From: Eledone cirrhosa
Taxonomy: Eukaryota
Length of the DNA stretch: 64,000 nt
NCBI GenBank assembly: GCA_964016885.1
Contig: OZ024744.1
Span: forward strand, 42,656,001-42,720,000
Direction of reading: 5' to 3'
The notes under the pieces are model-generated. The model was not told the DNA's origin and ran no database searches. It worked only from the letters and a program-made list of their open reading frames with translations. The position numbers were made by a program, and so were the translations under genes. Positions 52,376 through 64,000 of this stretch are shown piece by piece. The stretch's first letter is position 1, and every line of letters begins with the position of its first letter.

Positions 52376-54478
52376 TGAAGTGAAGCGAAGTTAGTTGTTG
52401 AAAATAAACAGGATAGAATAGTTAATGTCGGTTAGATATAAAATTTACTTCACTTCAGTTAGAAAAGGAATATGATTACTACTAATCATAAAAGTACAAT
52501 GTTGTATGTAAACATTCGTAAATGAATACCGTGTTGTTGAAGTTTTGTTGAAGAACTTTGTTTTATGTCTTATGTTGAAATAGAAGGTGGCAGGCTATCG
52601 TCCATCATTACTATCATCTAGGAAGTTAAAAGCCAAGTGACCAGGGAAGGTGTCGTCTCTTTTGTAACAGAAAATTCTCTCTGTCCTCGTTCCATGACAG
52701 CCTAGTTATCGAACGCTGGTTATTTTTCTTATCAAAGGTCGATGACCTCCCGCTGCGTTCTCTTTCATAGGAATGGCCATGTCAGTGAGAGGAAACGCTG
52801 GAATATTTCTTTCGCTACATTAGTTTCCCGCCCAAATCGAAATGGGAGTGACGATCGATAATCGAAACGGTAGCGAAATAAAAAACCAATGACTTCGGAC
52901 CAAAAACTGTCACCTACTTACCTTGTAAAGAGAGAAAGAGAAAATACCGAGATGGTCTGTACACATGTCGACCGGATCTGGTACTTGTTGTTGACACATA
53001 GTTCGGATTACCGGTGGATGGGAGCGTTGATGTTGGGTTAACTTGGTCTGACAGTTAGGGTTCATCGAAATCCACATGAGCTTTTTTTAGCCTGTCGACA
53101 CTGACAACAGCCCTCTTTCCATTAGTGTCCAAAATGAAATGCTTGGGTGTCCTTTTGAGTACTTGGTAAGGCCCATAGTATGGTGGTCTCAAAGGAGCTC
53201 TGATAGTGTCCTTTCACACAAAAACGTGTGTCCATTGCTCTATGTCAGATGGAACTTGAGAAGTGATACTTTGAGAGCAGGTTTGCCATGTAGGTCCACA
53301 GGCGATGGATATAATTCATTGGATCTACGGGGTGTTGAGACTCAGAGGCAATCATTTGTCCTAGTAATACCAACGCCGTGCCGTAAACCAGCTCAGCTGG
53401 TGTAAAACCGAGTCCTTCTTTTATAGTGAAGCAAATTCCAAGAAGGAGAAGGGATAACATTTCCACCTAGTTGATGTTGTTGGCATAGGCTCTGAGAGCA
53501 GATTTTAATTGTCGATGGAAACGTTCCACCATACCGTTAGCTGTAGGGGGATAAGCTGTTGTACTTATTCGGCTACAACCTAGGAGGCATGTCAATTTGT
53601 TAAAAAGGTTCGATTTGAACTGGCCACCTCTGTCCGTTCTGATGGTAGAAGGTGTGCCATAATGTGAAATCCAATGCTGTGCTAGTGCCTTGGCAATAGA
53701 TTCGATTATGGTGTCGGAAAGAGGAATGGCCTCAGGCCACCGGGAGAATCTGCCCACACAGGTCAAAATCTGGGTACAACCCTGGTCCGACGATGTCAAT
53801 GTGTTGGAAACACGTATCTGGTGTTGTGAAGGTTCCCAGAGGAGTTCTAACATTCTGGTGAATTTTTGCTTTTTGACACTGGAAGCAACGTCTGGCTCAT
53901 TCCCTGACATCATTGTTCACACCAACCCAGACAAACCGGTCTGTTATTAACTTCAGGGTAGAGTTGGCACCAGGATGCGATAGGTTGAGCAGCGCAGAAA
54001 AAAAAAACGAATGTTGATGCTTTAGATGTACGTTAGGGCGTGCGTGACCCGTAGAAACATCACACCAAATAACACCAGGAGAAAAGGTTAGAGGGAGGAG
54101 TTTGAAAGACAAGTAAGAAGATGAAGAATTTTCGAGTTTGGGAAGCTCCACGTCCGTCTGTTGGGCCGGGCAATATATCGGAGGCTGATGGAAAAAGAGG
54201 TGTGCAGTGCACCCACGTGTGTGCGAGAAAGGGCGTCGGCTGCAGAGTTGTCTGAACCCTTAATATGGCGAATATCCGTGTTTATGAAGTTTTGTTGAAG
54301 ATAATTTGTGTTATGTGTTATGCTGAAATAGAAGGTGGCAGGCTATCGTCCGTCATTACTATCACCATAGAACCCTAGTTATTTTTTTAATCAAAGGTCG
54401 ATGACCTCTCGCTGTTTTATCTTTCATAAGAATGGCCATGTCAGTGAGAGGAAACGCTGAAACATTTCTTTAGCTATA
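52376..54478 (-). mobile_element. Second copy of the CsRn1-like Gypsy family (integrase region between LTR sequences)
   Basis: Full 444-bp 3' LTR 52376-52819 (minus TGTAGCG...CTTCA), PPT GGGCGGGAAACTAA, integrase remnant, partial LTR 54276-54478; shares long near-identical stretches with 47324-48150. Confidence 0.9.
52990..54275 (-). pseudogene. pol: Degenerate Gypsy integrase
   Basis: HPG...RFVW zinc region; RFSRWPEAIPL, YGTPSTIRTDRGGQF, TTAYPPTANGMVERFHRQLK (DDE core); TPAELVYG; GPY-like stretch at ~53160-53185. Stops and frameshifts present. Confidence 0.9.
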
Positions 54479-54916
54479 TTAGTGTGTATGCATATGCATA
54501 TGTTTGTATGGGCGTGTGTACATCTATGTATGAATGCACAGGAACATGGAAATACTCACTTTGGTACCCGAGCATGCAGTAAGCTCATCGAATACTATTC
54601 TAAGAAATGGAAAACTTTGATGTAAACCTTGCAACTCGATATCAGCCAGTAATGTTGACCTGTTCTTTTTCGATTCCTTCGCCGTTGTTCAGAGAGTGGG
54701 ATTTGCCCAGTGAAAAGCGTTTCTTCACTTTAAAATGCTTCAAGCACAGGCATCACTAGATTTAAACGACTTTCGTGAGTGTTGCGTGAGCCTCGTTTTT
54801 CTGTTCTTTCTTTTGCTGCAGTATATGCAGAAAGGAAGTCTTTGGAAAGGATAAAATGTCATGTTTGAGTAAAGAAAAATGTGAAGGTAATTGCCAAAGC
54901 TGAGATGCAGCCATTA

Positions 54917-55040
54917 TGTATGGTCTGAGTTCAAATCCCGTCGAGGTTAACTTTGCTTTCATCCTTACGGGGTCGATAAAATAAAGTACCAGTATTGTAC
55001 TGGGTTATTGCTGGCCTTGTACCAAAAGTAGAAACAAATA
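54917..55040 (+). mobile_element. 5'-truncated SINE
   Basis: GGTCTGAGTTCAAATCCCGTCGAGGTTAACTTTGC...GGCCTTGTACCAAAAGTAGAAACAA, same family as 62185. Confidence 0.88.
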
Positions 55041-58000
55041 TGTATGTTTGGATGGATGGCTGTCTGTATGTATGGATCGGTGGATGTATGAATGTATGTA
55101 TGGATAGATGGAAGTATGTATGTTCTTCTGGTTATATAATTTCACAAATTTTTGCCAATAGAGAGAGAGTCGGTTTCTAACATAGACACAAAACTCTCTC
55201 ATTGGAATTTACACAACATCAGCTAGGTAGATATGTATGTATGTCTTCATGCATGTGTTTGCAGGTATGGATGTTATTGTGTGTGTGGATGTGGATGTTT
55301 TGAGTTGTATGTGTGCATGTGTATATGCTTTGTATCTGTACATGTGTATATGCAGTTATTAGATGCAGAATTTTGGGAATATTTTACATATTTTTACTGT
55401 TCCATTAATGGATTGTACTTGTAATTTCCTAACTAGTCGTGTTCTTTCTGTTCCTGTGAAGCCCAGCTTCTCAAGATTTGTATTGAGGCAGTTACTAACA
55501 TATCCCAGTGCCCCAATAATCACAGTTATAAATCTGAAGGTATAGTCAGGGTTGAGTTTCTGCAGATTTCTCATTAGTTCTGCATAGATATTCTCCTTTT
55601 CACTAATCTTTGATATTATATTGGTATCTGCTGGACAGCTAACTTACACTACTGTGCCTGCCTTCTTTTCCCTGTCCCATATCATTATATCTAGTCTGTT
55701 ATGCCTGCATTTTATTGGGGTTTTTACTGGAACATTCCACCACTACTCTTTCATATTATGTACATGGATGTCTTCCACATTGCTGTAGCTTTTAATGAGT
55801 TTATTATCGGGGCTATCTTTTCTACGGATTGCATTGTACAGTGTTTTGGCCACTACATCATGCCTCATTGGTAGATAGTACCGCGATGACATCTTTGGAC
55901 AGCTGCTGATGACATGGATGATATCCTCGATATTAGTTCTGCAGAGTCTGTACTTGTTGTCACATCTAGGTGTTTTGCTTGCATCCCTATCTCTTTTGTG
56001 AATCAGGTATTTTGTGTTGATTTCCTGTTCTTTGATTGCAAAAACATATCCTTCAAAGTGGGAGCCAATATAGCGGTTGTTGGTCCAAGATAGACTACTT
56101 TCCTTATCTATATTACTCTCACTCTGGAGCTTCCTGGCAACATATCCATGCGGTATTGGTGGACAATTTCCCTGGATGTGAGTTTCTGATTATCATGCAG
56201 GGAGTATCTTTCAAGGAATTCCTTCCCAACTCTCATGATCTTATCTGTCTCATGCAGACAGACTTGCTCAAAAGATGGGCTCCTACTCTTGGAGGCTTGT
56301 AAATGTTGTCTGGACTGATGTTAGGCCTCTGCCTCCCTGCTTACGTTTCAAGTAGAGGCAGTCTATGTCACTGTTGATGTGGAAGTTCAGAATTTTTCAA
56401 GTTATATCAAGTTATATCAATTGCTCGGATTTCGTCTATCGCCAAATCAAGTATTCCAAATGTTGGTGTTAGGACAGGCACAGCAAACACATTGTGAGCC
56501 ATTGTTTTACTGTGCGCAGAGAGTTCCGATGACCATATTTTCTTAATCGGGTGTAATATTCCCTGGTTATGCGTTCCTTATTACAGATACCATTATAGGA
56601 TATGTTCTCATCTATATATTCTCATATATCTGAAGCAATCTTCGTCAGATTTCAGTGAAACAGCTAGACTATTGATACAAATGTTGCCTGATTGGGTTGT
56701 AGTTTTTCCCTGCTTTACAGTCATATATGAACCAATCCTATATATTTTGGCCAAACTCAATCCTATATCCTTTGAGAATGTTATAACCAGGTCGAGATTT
56801 TTCTTCATCCCATTTATGTTCTTGGCATTGAGTTTCAGGTGATCCACGAAGAAATTATGGATTAAGTTCGTATTTCTGTCCTCCTGTGATGTATCCTTCA
56901 CATTTCTTGAGCAGAAAGGACAATGGGTTTAATGACAAGATAAATAGTATCTCAGAGAGACTGTCTCCTTGAAATATTCCCCTGTGATATCCTATTTTAT
57001 CAGTGAAAATAGAGTCCTCCTACTCTGTCTTTAACTTTAGGATAGTAGCCCAAGAAGAAGACAGCTTCTCTATGGCTCTGACAATAATGTCTGGGACTTT
57101 AGCAAGTTTGAGGGCCTCTATCATCCAAGAGTGGGGAACAGAATCGAAAGCTTTCCTGTAGTTCAGCCAGACTGTAGCCATATTCCTCCTAAGTTGTCGC
57201 ACCTCCGACATCGCAGTTTTGTTAATTAGGAGTTGTTCAGCACACCCCTAAACACCTTTCTTTTCAGCTGCTTGTTCATCTATGATGGTGTTATTATTTT
57301 CACAGTGATCTTGGAGGAATAGCTTCAGGCAGGCTGTATACATCTTATACATCAAGTTCTGGTATGCAATGGGTCGGTAGACTTTTGCCAAGTGTGTGTC
57401 TTTGTTCTTGGGGACCAGTAATGTTTGTGCTAATGTCAACCATTCTCGTGTATGTGTATCTCCCTGTAACAGCTTGCTGGTAGAGGTCGATAAGTTACAT
57501 CCGATAAAATATCAGTTTTTTGCACGAGTAGCCAACAATCATGTCTCTTCCTGGTGTTTTCTTATCTTGGAGTTTTCCTATCACAGTCTCAAGGGTACCC
57601 TCATTTATTCCGTATGTTTTTTGTTGTAGTGTAGGAACAATAGCTCTTTTGGATTTCTTTTAGTCGCACTGCCTCTTGGTGGAAATTATTTTCACCCCAT
57701 ATTTTTCTGGGTCTCAGTGACATTTATTACTTTGCCCTTCATAGACGGATGTTTGGTTTCATCTGAATCTTTTATTAATTACTTTTCTTTCATCCACCCT
57801 CTTCAGGTATCGCCGTTTCTCGCTGACAGCTCTCAATTCTTGTTTGAGGGTGATCAGCTTATATTAAAGAATTCTAGTTGTACTGTTACCAAACATCGTT
57901 TCTATTCCATTTTTCACACTTTGTTGGTGAGGAGTGAAGTTTTTTTTTTGCAAGTAAGGAGCATTGTGACATCTTATAGTATTTGTAGGTCAGCAATCTT

Positions 58001-58499
58001 TCTTTCTATTTTAGTTATATATGATGGTATTTTTGGTGGTGTTTTGTTCTTGTTAATATATCTGCTATCACCAAGATAATGCTTCACTGTCATTGCTAGG
58101 GTATATAAACAGGCGTTGATTTGTCAAAATGTGGGGGCTTTAATTCGTCGTAAATATCCATCCCCTATTTCGTCAATAACACTTAAGATTTCATTATTTG
58201 GTTTTATTTTGTTTAATATTGTTGTTTTTGTGGTTAGAAAAAGCTATTTCACTTACGGCTTTTCATAGGCGCCGCTAAATCCCATGGCTGGTTTCTCCTC
58301 TTCCATGTGCGTACGATCCAACTTATTAACACCGGGAGCTGCCAAACTCGCATCCACCACGTTTGATCACCGCTAGACAGAGGCCGACCTGCTGGCCCTT
58401 CCGGTCGAGCACTCCCCCACTTCCGGCCACCGCACACCACACCATACCCACACGCCCCCCTGATCTCAAGGATCAATTTCCCCCTCGTCCTTCTGCATA

Positions 58500-61009
58500 T
58501 GAAAGTCTGCTGTCCAGGTTGGTGGTTTGCGACTTCTTTGCGATCTCCATAGTGTTGGGGCAGCACTTTGGGTTTCCTCTTCCTCGGTGTCCGTTGACAC
58601 AGTGATTCTCCGGACGTCCAGGACATGACGTGGTACTCCGTCTACGCACGGACACATTGTTCTGGGAATTTACGGCCGTCACCGTTCCCCTTCTGGGGGC
58701 TTAACCCAGACTTCTTCGCCCACCTGCACGAATGCATTCTCTCTCTCCCCTGGCCGTTGTGGTGGCGTGCACGGGTGCCGACACTCGTATCTGAATACTG
58801 CTCTGTGTGGCACCGATTCCTCAGCCTGTCCCACCCGAGGGGACATGTTGTACCAGAATACTGCCTCCATTGCTGAGATGTGGCCCCGCTCCGCCATTGC
58901 TTTGATCGTCCGGTGGTGTCGCTCCACGATTCCATTGCCGCTCGGCCTGTACGCTGCTCTGAAGAAACGGTCCACCTTCCATCCATCGAGCATCTCCCTC
59001 AGCGCCTCCGTGCGTAATGCTACGCTGTTGTCCATCAGCAGTTCGTCCACAGGGCCCCGCTCCAAGAACACCTCTCTCAACGTCCGCATAATTTCCTCGG
59101 CCGTTCCACTCTTCATCTCCCTCCATATCGCCATCCGTCCCGGTCCACAGTCGACCTCGAGAGGTACGTTGCCTGTCGGTAGTGTGTTACAACCACCGCC
59201 AATCGCTTCCAGTCGCGATCCACCGGGAGGCTTCCCGTTTCGTGCACACCCGGGGCGGGATCAATGGACTGACATCGGACGCAGCCTCTAACCACTTTTT
59301 GAACACTGTGCCTGTTAACGTCCGAGTCGATTCTCCTGACTAGGAACAGAGTCCTATCCACTCCCATGTGGTGCATGTCATGCAAACCTTTCAGATCCGA
59401 CTCGGTCAGCCGACACACGGCAGCTATCTCCTCCTCTACCTCCTCCGACGCTTCCATCCAGGCTTTCTTCACCCTGGTTAGGACGTCCGCCCTATTTTTC
59501 TCTGAGGGCACGAAAACTATGCTCAGCCTCAGGTCGAACTCGGTGGCCAGCTCTCCTAAATTTCCCAGGCGGCGCTTTATCAGCATCTCCACCGCCCCTC
59601 TCGTTCGCACTCTCCTCTCACTGGTGAGCACTGACCTCACCCATCCGAGTACAGTAGCCGAGTCGGTGCATATCTCGATGGTGCGCAGTCCCCACCTCAG
59701 GGCGAGATTCACCGCTCTCAACACCGCGTCCAGCTCGGCCACATTGATGTGGTTGCAGTCGTCCTTCTTCCTAAGCCAGGCTGCATCCTCGACCTCAACA
59801 CCTCCTATTTCCAACGTGACGCCCAGCGCTATGCTGCTGGCATCGCACCATACGGTCCTGCTCTGCGATTTGGGAACATACCAGCGTCCCCGCACTGGGT
59901 CGTCGGCCTTCACCCTCTCCACGATCTCCTTTATCATGGCCACCGTCCTCTCTCCCACTCTGTTACTCCAAGTCACCCCTCCCGCTCGTCTCTTGACATA
60001 GCTGCATGCCGTCCGGAGCCACCCAGCAATAGAGTAGTGACCCACCAACTTTCCACACACCGAGAAAAGCTCCCGCCTACTCATACTAGGGCCCAGTTCT
60101 GGAATTTCATTTCCCCTCTGGAATACTAAGACGCCCGTCCTGTCTCGCCGTAGCCTAAGTCCCAGCGCGGCTCCTCCCTCCAACGCTTCTGACGGCTTCG
60201 CAGACAGTCCATACCCCTGTAAATAGCTCGTGACCTCCGCCGCCGACACTACATACTCGTCCACTAGGATGTCGTCAATGTAGGAATTAGTGGCCCTCTT
60301 CATCTTGTCGGCCTTCCCCAGAATGGTCTTCAGGACCGCCGCCATTATCTTCGGTGCGGAGCTCAGCCCGAAACCGAGCCTGGTCAGGCAATATGTCCGG
60401 CCCTTATAACTGACCAGCTGATACTATTCGAATTCGCTCCTAATGTCTCCCTTCAATGTGTGTTGATAGCAGCCCACTTTGATCTTCAGTGTTGGTGGTT
60501 CTCCCTTCCAGTACCACTCAACAACACATTGCTGCCCATCGAACACGGCCTTGAAGTCTTTGTCCTGCACAGTGTAAGCGGGGCATTTCTCCTCGTGGGC
60601 CTTCTGGTTCTCCTGTCGCGTACTCACCGCGCATACCGATGCGGCGCCGCCAAACGACACACCGACGTTGTTCACTGTAACGCCTCCTAGACGGCCAATT
60701 GCGTCCATGCCCATAACGACGCCGATCCCATCCACCACGTTGTCGACTACGATGGCAGAAAACCTTATTTTCCTTCCCCGTACCGCCATCTCCACTTCGC
60801 TGCGACCTCAGCATTCAATTTTCCTACTGCCCTTACGATGCTCTTCCCTCTCCACCTCTGCGCCACCCCGCGGTTACCAGTGTCGTCGTACAGCCCGTGT
60901 CCACGAGGGCTCGCTGTGGCCTTCCCCTCACGAAGACTTCCACCACGTGCAGCGGCTCTACTCGTAAGGGGCAACTACCGGCGCAGTAGTTCCCCTTGGA
61001 TCGTTTCCC
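58500..61009 (-). pseudogene. pol: Gypsy pol (protease, partial RT, RNase H, integrase), frameshifted and deleted
   Basis: ALVDTGC protease (~60890); YCLTRLGFGLSSAPKIM...YIDD; WCDAS...HINVAELDAV...TDSATV RNase H; HDMHH...CVRC zinc; LLMDN...GNGIVERHHRTIK. Confidence 0.92.
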
Positions 61010-61718
61010 TGGTCGCAGTTAGTAGCGATGTGGCCTGGTCGCTTACACCGGTAGCATATTATTTCCGGCTTGACTCTCTACAGTCTCTCGCCATGTGCGG
61101 GCCCTGGCACCTAAAACGGCGACCTCTAAACGTTCGCGAGCGACCGCGTGCCGTGGTTGCCTCCCTTTCACCATTTCGCTACCAGCTGTCCTGGGCCTCT
61201 GTAGTTGCCATCGCCGCGACACTCTTCTTCGCATCTTCTGCTATGATGCGGGCTTGCTCCACCAGTGCACGCATCTCCCTTTCTTTGTAACCCGGGACTT
61301 GCTGTAGTTTCACCGCTATGTCGTATGGAAATCCATTCATGAACGCCAACCGCACCGTGCGTTCGCATTCCAACTGATATCCAGCAAACATGGCCAGTCG
61401 CCGTATTTCCGCTGCGAAAATGTCAACGCGTTCACCGTTCCATCTAATTCTTGCGAGCTTAGCAAAAGCGACTAACGGCCCCTCCGCGAACTCTTCCATC
61501 ATGCGCCACTCGATCTTTTGCATATCCCTTTGGCTGTGTTCATCCATTTCAAGGAAGAGAACCAACGTGTCCCCCTCGAGGTACAGTGCCATGAGGCCAG
61601 CCACATCTTCAATCTTCTGTAAGCTTGCGACCAGCCGGACTTTTCGCAGCCAAGCGACAACATCGCCTTCACCGGTAAATGCCCTAATTGCTTCGCTCGT
61701 TCGTAGTCTCATCGTCAT
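60958..61718 (-). pseudogene. gag: Gypsy gag with two zinc knuckles, one frameshift
   Basis: ORF 61179..61718 (FTGEGDVVAWLRKV...LYLEG...FMNGFP) continues after a frameshift into (R)FRCQGPHMARDC and CYRCKRPGHIATNC; stop at 60958. Confidence 0.88.
60966..61009 (-). promoter_or_regulatory. -1 programmed ribosomal frameshift signal (gag-pol)
   Basis: Slippery G GGA AAC in gag phase, 5-nt spacer, stem-loop AAGGGGAACTAC-tgcgccg-GTAGTTgCCCCTT; the -1 frame reads open into ...RALVDTGC. Confidence 0.85.
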
Positions 61719-62184
61719 CCTAATTTGTATTGCGGTACGTAATAAAAAAAAAACAACAGACTCCTCTCTGTTTTTCCAGTAGCTTTGTTTTCGAGAAAGT
61801 TTTTTTTTTTTTTTATCAGATCTCAGTTTCCAGTGCCAAAATAGCTTGTGGTTAGAAAAAGCTATCTCACTTACCGCTTTTCATAGGCGCCGCTAAATCC
61901 CATGGCTAGTTTCTCCTCTTCCATGTGCGTACGATCCAACTTATTAACACCGGGAGCTGCCAAACTCGCGTCCAGCACGTTTGATCACCGCTAGACAGAG
62001 GCCGACCTGCTGGCCCTTCCGGTCGAGCACTCCCCAGCTTCCGGCCACCGCACACCACACCATACCCACAGTTTTATTACGTTGAATAAGAGTAATGTTT
62101 ATATATGAATTAATTTCTCTCTGGAAGATTTGGTTGATGGAAAATTTCAATTGTTTATATTTTTGATTATTATTATTATCGATA

Positions 62185-62359
62185 TTGGCAGTATCGGTAG
62201 AGGGTCGGACGCCATGCTTTCCAGCATAGTTACGTCCCTTTACGGTCTGAGTTCAAATCCTGTCGAGGTTAACTTTGCCTTTCATCCTTACGGGGTCGAT
62301 AAAATAAAGTACCAGTAATGTACTGGGTAATTGCTGGCCTTGTGCCTAACGTAGAAACA
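62185..62359 (+). mobile_element. Full-length SINE with 13-bp TSD
   Basis: A-box-like TGGCAGTATCGG, B-box GAGTTCAAATCC; TSD ATTATTATCGATA at 62172-62184 and 62360-62372. Confidence 0.9.
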
Positions 62360-63803
62360 ATTATTATCGATAGTGTTTTCCACAGGAGTCGAGGTAGACT
62401 CAGATGGTACAGGTGATGTCAAATTTCTTACAGGTATAGTTGTTTCAGGGAACTGTTCAGCCTAGTTACTAGAAAGTCTAGTAAAATGACGACCTGTAGC
62501 ACGTGGTGTTGTTTTCATATTTGTTCTGGGGGACTTACAATTAATAATATTTATCTTATTTTTACGTTTAACAAACGTCGCTTGTTGGCGTAATTGTTTC
62601 GCTGTTACGTGATTCAGCTCAGGATGTATTTTGTCCCAGTGTAAGGATTTTTTTTTTTTTTTTGTCGCTCTATAACAATTAAATAAATCATTAAGTTCGC
62701 AACTCCAAGAGAAATGCGATTTATAATTTCGGTTTCTTCTGTAGCTACAACTAAATAAATTTTGTTTACCTTTGTCATTGCTTTTTTCGGTAACTTGTTC
62801 TCGTCACTTGTGTTCAACAAGTTATTGTTGTTGATGTTGTGCCTGACCATGCTGTTTGTAGCAAATCCTTGTAAAATGAATTATGTATTTAGTCAGATAT
62901 ATCTACGAATTCGAATAAAATGTGTTTTCAGTGGGTATAGTTAGAAGAATACCCAGTTATTCAACATGACTGGTAGTTGGGGCATTACTGCCGGAGATAG
63001 TATTCATCTTAAATCTAATGAATAGTCTCCCACGCCGAAATGTGCGACTGATCGCGTTGTCTGTCTGTTTATGTATGAATGTATGTATTAAGTCAGGTCT
63101 CTCTTCAGAGCTACTGGTAACATGTAACCCAGTACAGCCTGTGAATGGTTGGGTCATCGGTGATGAAACCGGCAACACCACCAAACTTGCATAGTGAAGA
63201 GGGTGATTTTGAACATCCTGTGGGGTGAAAAATAAAACACCATGAAAGGGCAGAGAAACTCAGGCGAGTCAATGGCCATCCAAGAAAGTTTTTTTTTTCT
63301 TTAAGGGGCAGTGGAGTGGGAGACGCCTAGTTTTTATTAAGACATCTCTCTAGGAGGTCACTTTGATATTAAACCTGCAATCTCGTTTTCATCCAATAAT
63401 GTAGACCAGTCTACTTTTTGGATAAAGTACTGGGCAACTTCTCAACACCAACAGCTAATCGACCTGTTCGCAGAGTCCTTCCCTTCCATCGCGGTCCCTC
63501 TCCCGTCGGCTTGGTGCTCCTTAGGAGCCCCAATCACAGACCTGGCCTTCGAGCAAATATTTGCCAAAATTACTACTATAGTTCATTGTAACAGCTTGGC
63601 TACTGTCATTTTAACACCCCACTCCTCACTGATTAACCTCTCGATGTCAGGTGATTGATTCTTCTGAATTTGCCACCGAACAAGAAGTCAGTGATTTTTT
63701 CAATGTCTTGGAATTTAGTCCCCACTTGCTCCTTTCCATTCACTGAATTATTTTTGTATAAGTTCCCTGTGTCCGCGCATCGCCAGGTATCTTAGCTGAG
63801 AAT

Positions 63804-63888
63804 GACACCCTGATGAAGAAAAGGTTTCTCCATATCTCAATTTGGAGACTATGTATATTCCCTTTCAGAAACTAATTAGTTGGAGTGA
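63804..63888 (+). ncRNA. Candidate type I hammerhead ribozyme (degenerate)
   Basis: CACC-CTGATGA (63810-63816) ... GAAA (63868-63871), palindromic ACTAATTAGT stem III, GTT cleavage triplet, GGAGTG closing stem I with one bulge; stem II closing pair imperfect. Confidence 0.45.
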
Positions 63889-64000
63889 AATTTAAGTAAG
63901 TAAGCTAATTACTATAATTTTCTTATTTTACGTTTTTCATGTAATTGTTCTGCATCCCCTTGCATTGAACCACAAAGTTACTAAGACAAAACTTATATAT

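Larger units (their letters stand above)
58229..62070 (-). mobile_element. Ty3/Gypsy LTR retrotransposon (Mag-like), 3,842 bp, both LTRs and TSD intact
   Basis: 224-bp LTRs 58229-58452 and 61847-62070 (TG...CA, ~7 differences), 5-bp TSD GTTTT (58224-58228 / 62071-62075), PPT AGGGGGGCG, gag-PR-RT-RH-IN order. Confidence 0.95.
55345..63300 (-). mobile_element. R4/Dong-clade-like non-LTR retrotransposon with restriction-like endonuclease, near full length but degenerate, split by a Gypsy and a SINE
   Basis: YRPIAYQNLMYKMYT; WLNYRKAFDSVPHSW; RGIFQGDSLS; FFVDHLKL (degenerate FMDD); CRLC...HVISSC CCHC; RHDVVAK; HNRLDIMIWD; VIIGALG. N-terminal remnant WDKIHPELNHVTAKQLRQQA at ~62570-62640. The 5' limit is uncertain. 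Confidence 0.82.

Noticed and set aside
52371-54483. TSD for the second CsRn1-like copy
   Set aside because: Flanks GTGAA and TTAGT do not match, so the two LTR pieces may not belong to a single insertion.
58363-61782. Plus-strand ORFs of 80-211 aa
   Set aside because: Antisense shadows of the GC-rich Gypsy gag/pol on the minus strand.
63100-63240. Self-cleaving ribozyme at the 5' end of the R4-like LINE
   Set aside because: GGTGATGAAAC is not a complete hammerhead core and I could not build an HDV-like fold by eye.

Overview
Eukaryotic, gene-free, repeat-dominated window. The SINE families resemble those I recall from octopus/coleoid cephalopod genomes (recognition from memory, not a database search). 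Bases 1-~40,966 are one uninterrupted tandem array of a 48-bp monomer (~850 copies; consensus TGTGTTACTAGTTGGTAATGTAACTGTTTTAGTTACTCTGGCTACAAC) with kb-scale higher-order duplications. All the long 'VLLVGNVT/VTLPTSNT' ORFs are translations of this satellite. The remaining ~23 kb is a dense nest of decayed retroelements: an RTE LINE fragment split by a non-autonomous LTR element; two deleted copies of a CsRn1/Kabuki-like Gypsy, one containing a CRE-type LINE that contains a solo LTR that contains SINEs; an R4/Dong-type LINE split by a Mag-like Gypsy with an intact -1 frameshift signal; several SINEs and microsatellites; and a candidate hammerhead ribozyme. No intact host gene was found. The most striking observation is that two different LTR elements carry tRNA-Trp primer-binding sites extended to 32-40 nt. 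One has its only mismatch opposite tRNA position 58 and the other ends at position 38, matching known reverse-transcriptase-blocking modifications, and each is followed by a second copy of the LTR end. The satellite monomer also contains a match to the RFX X-box consensus.
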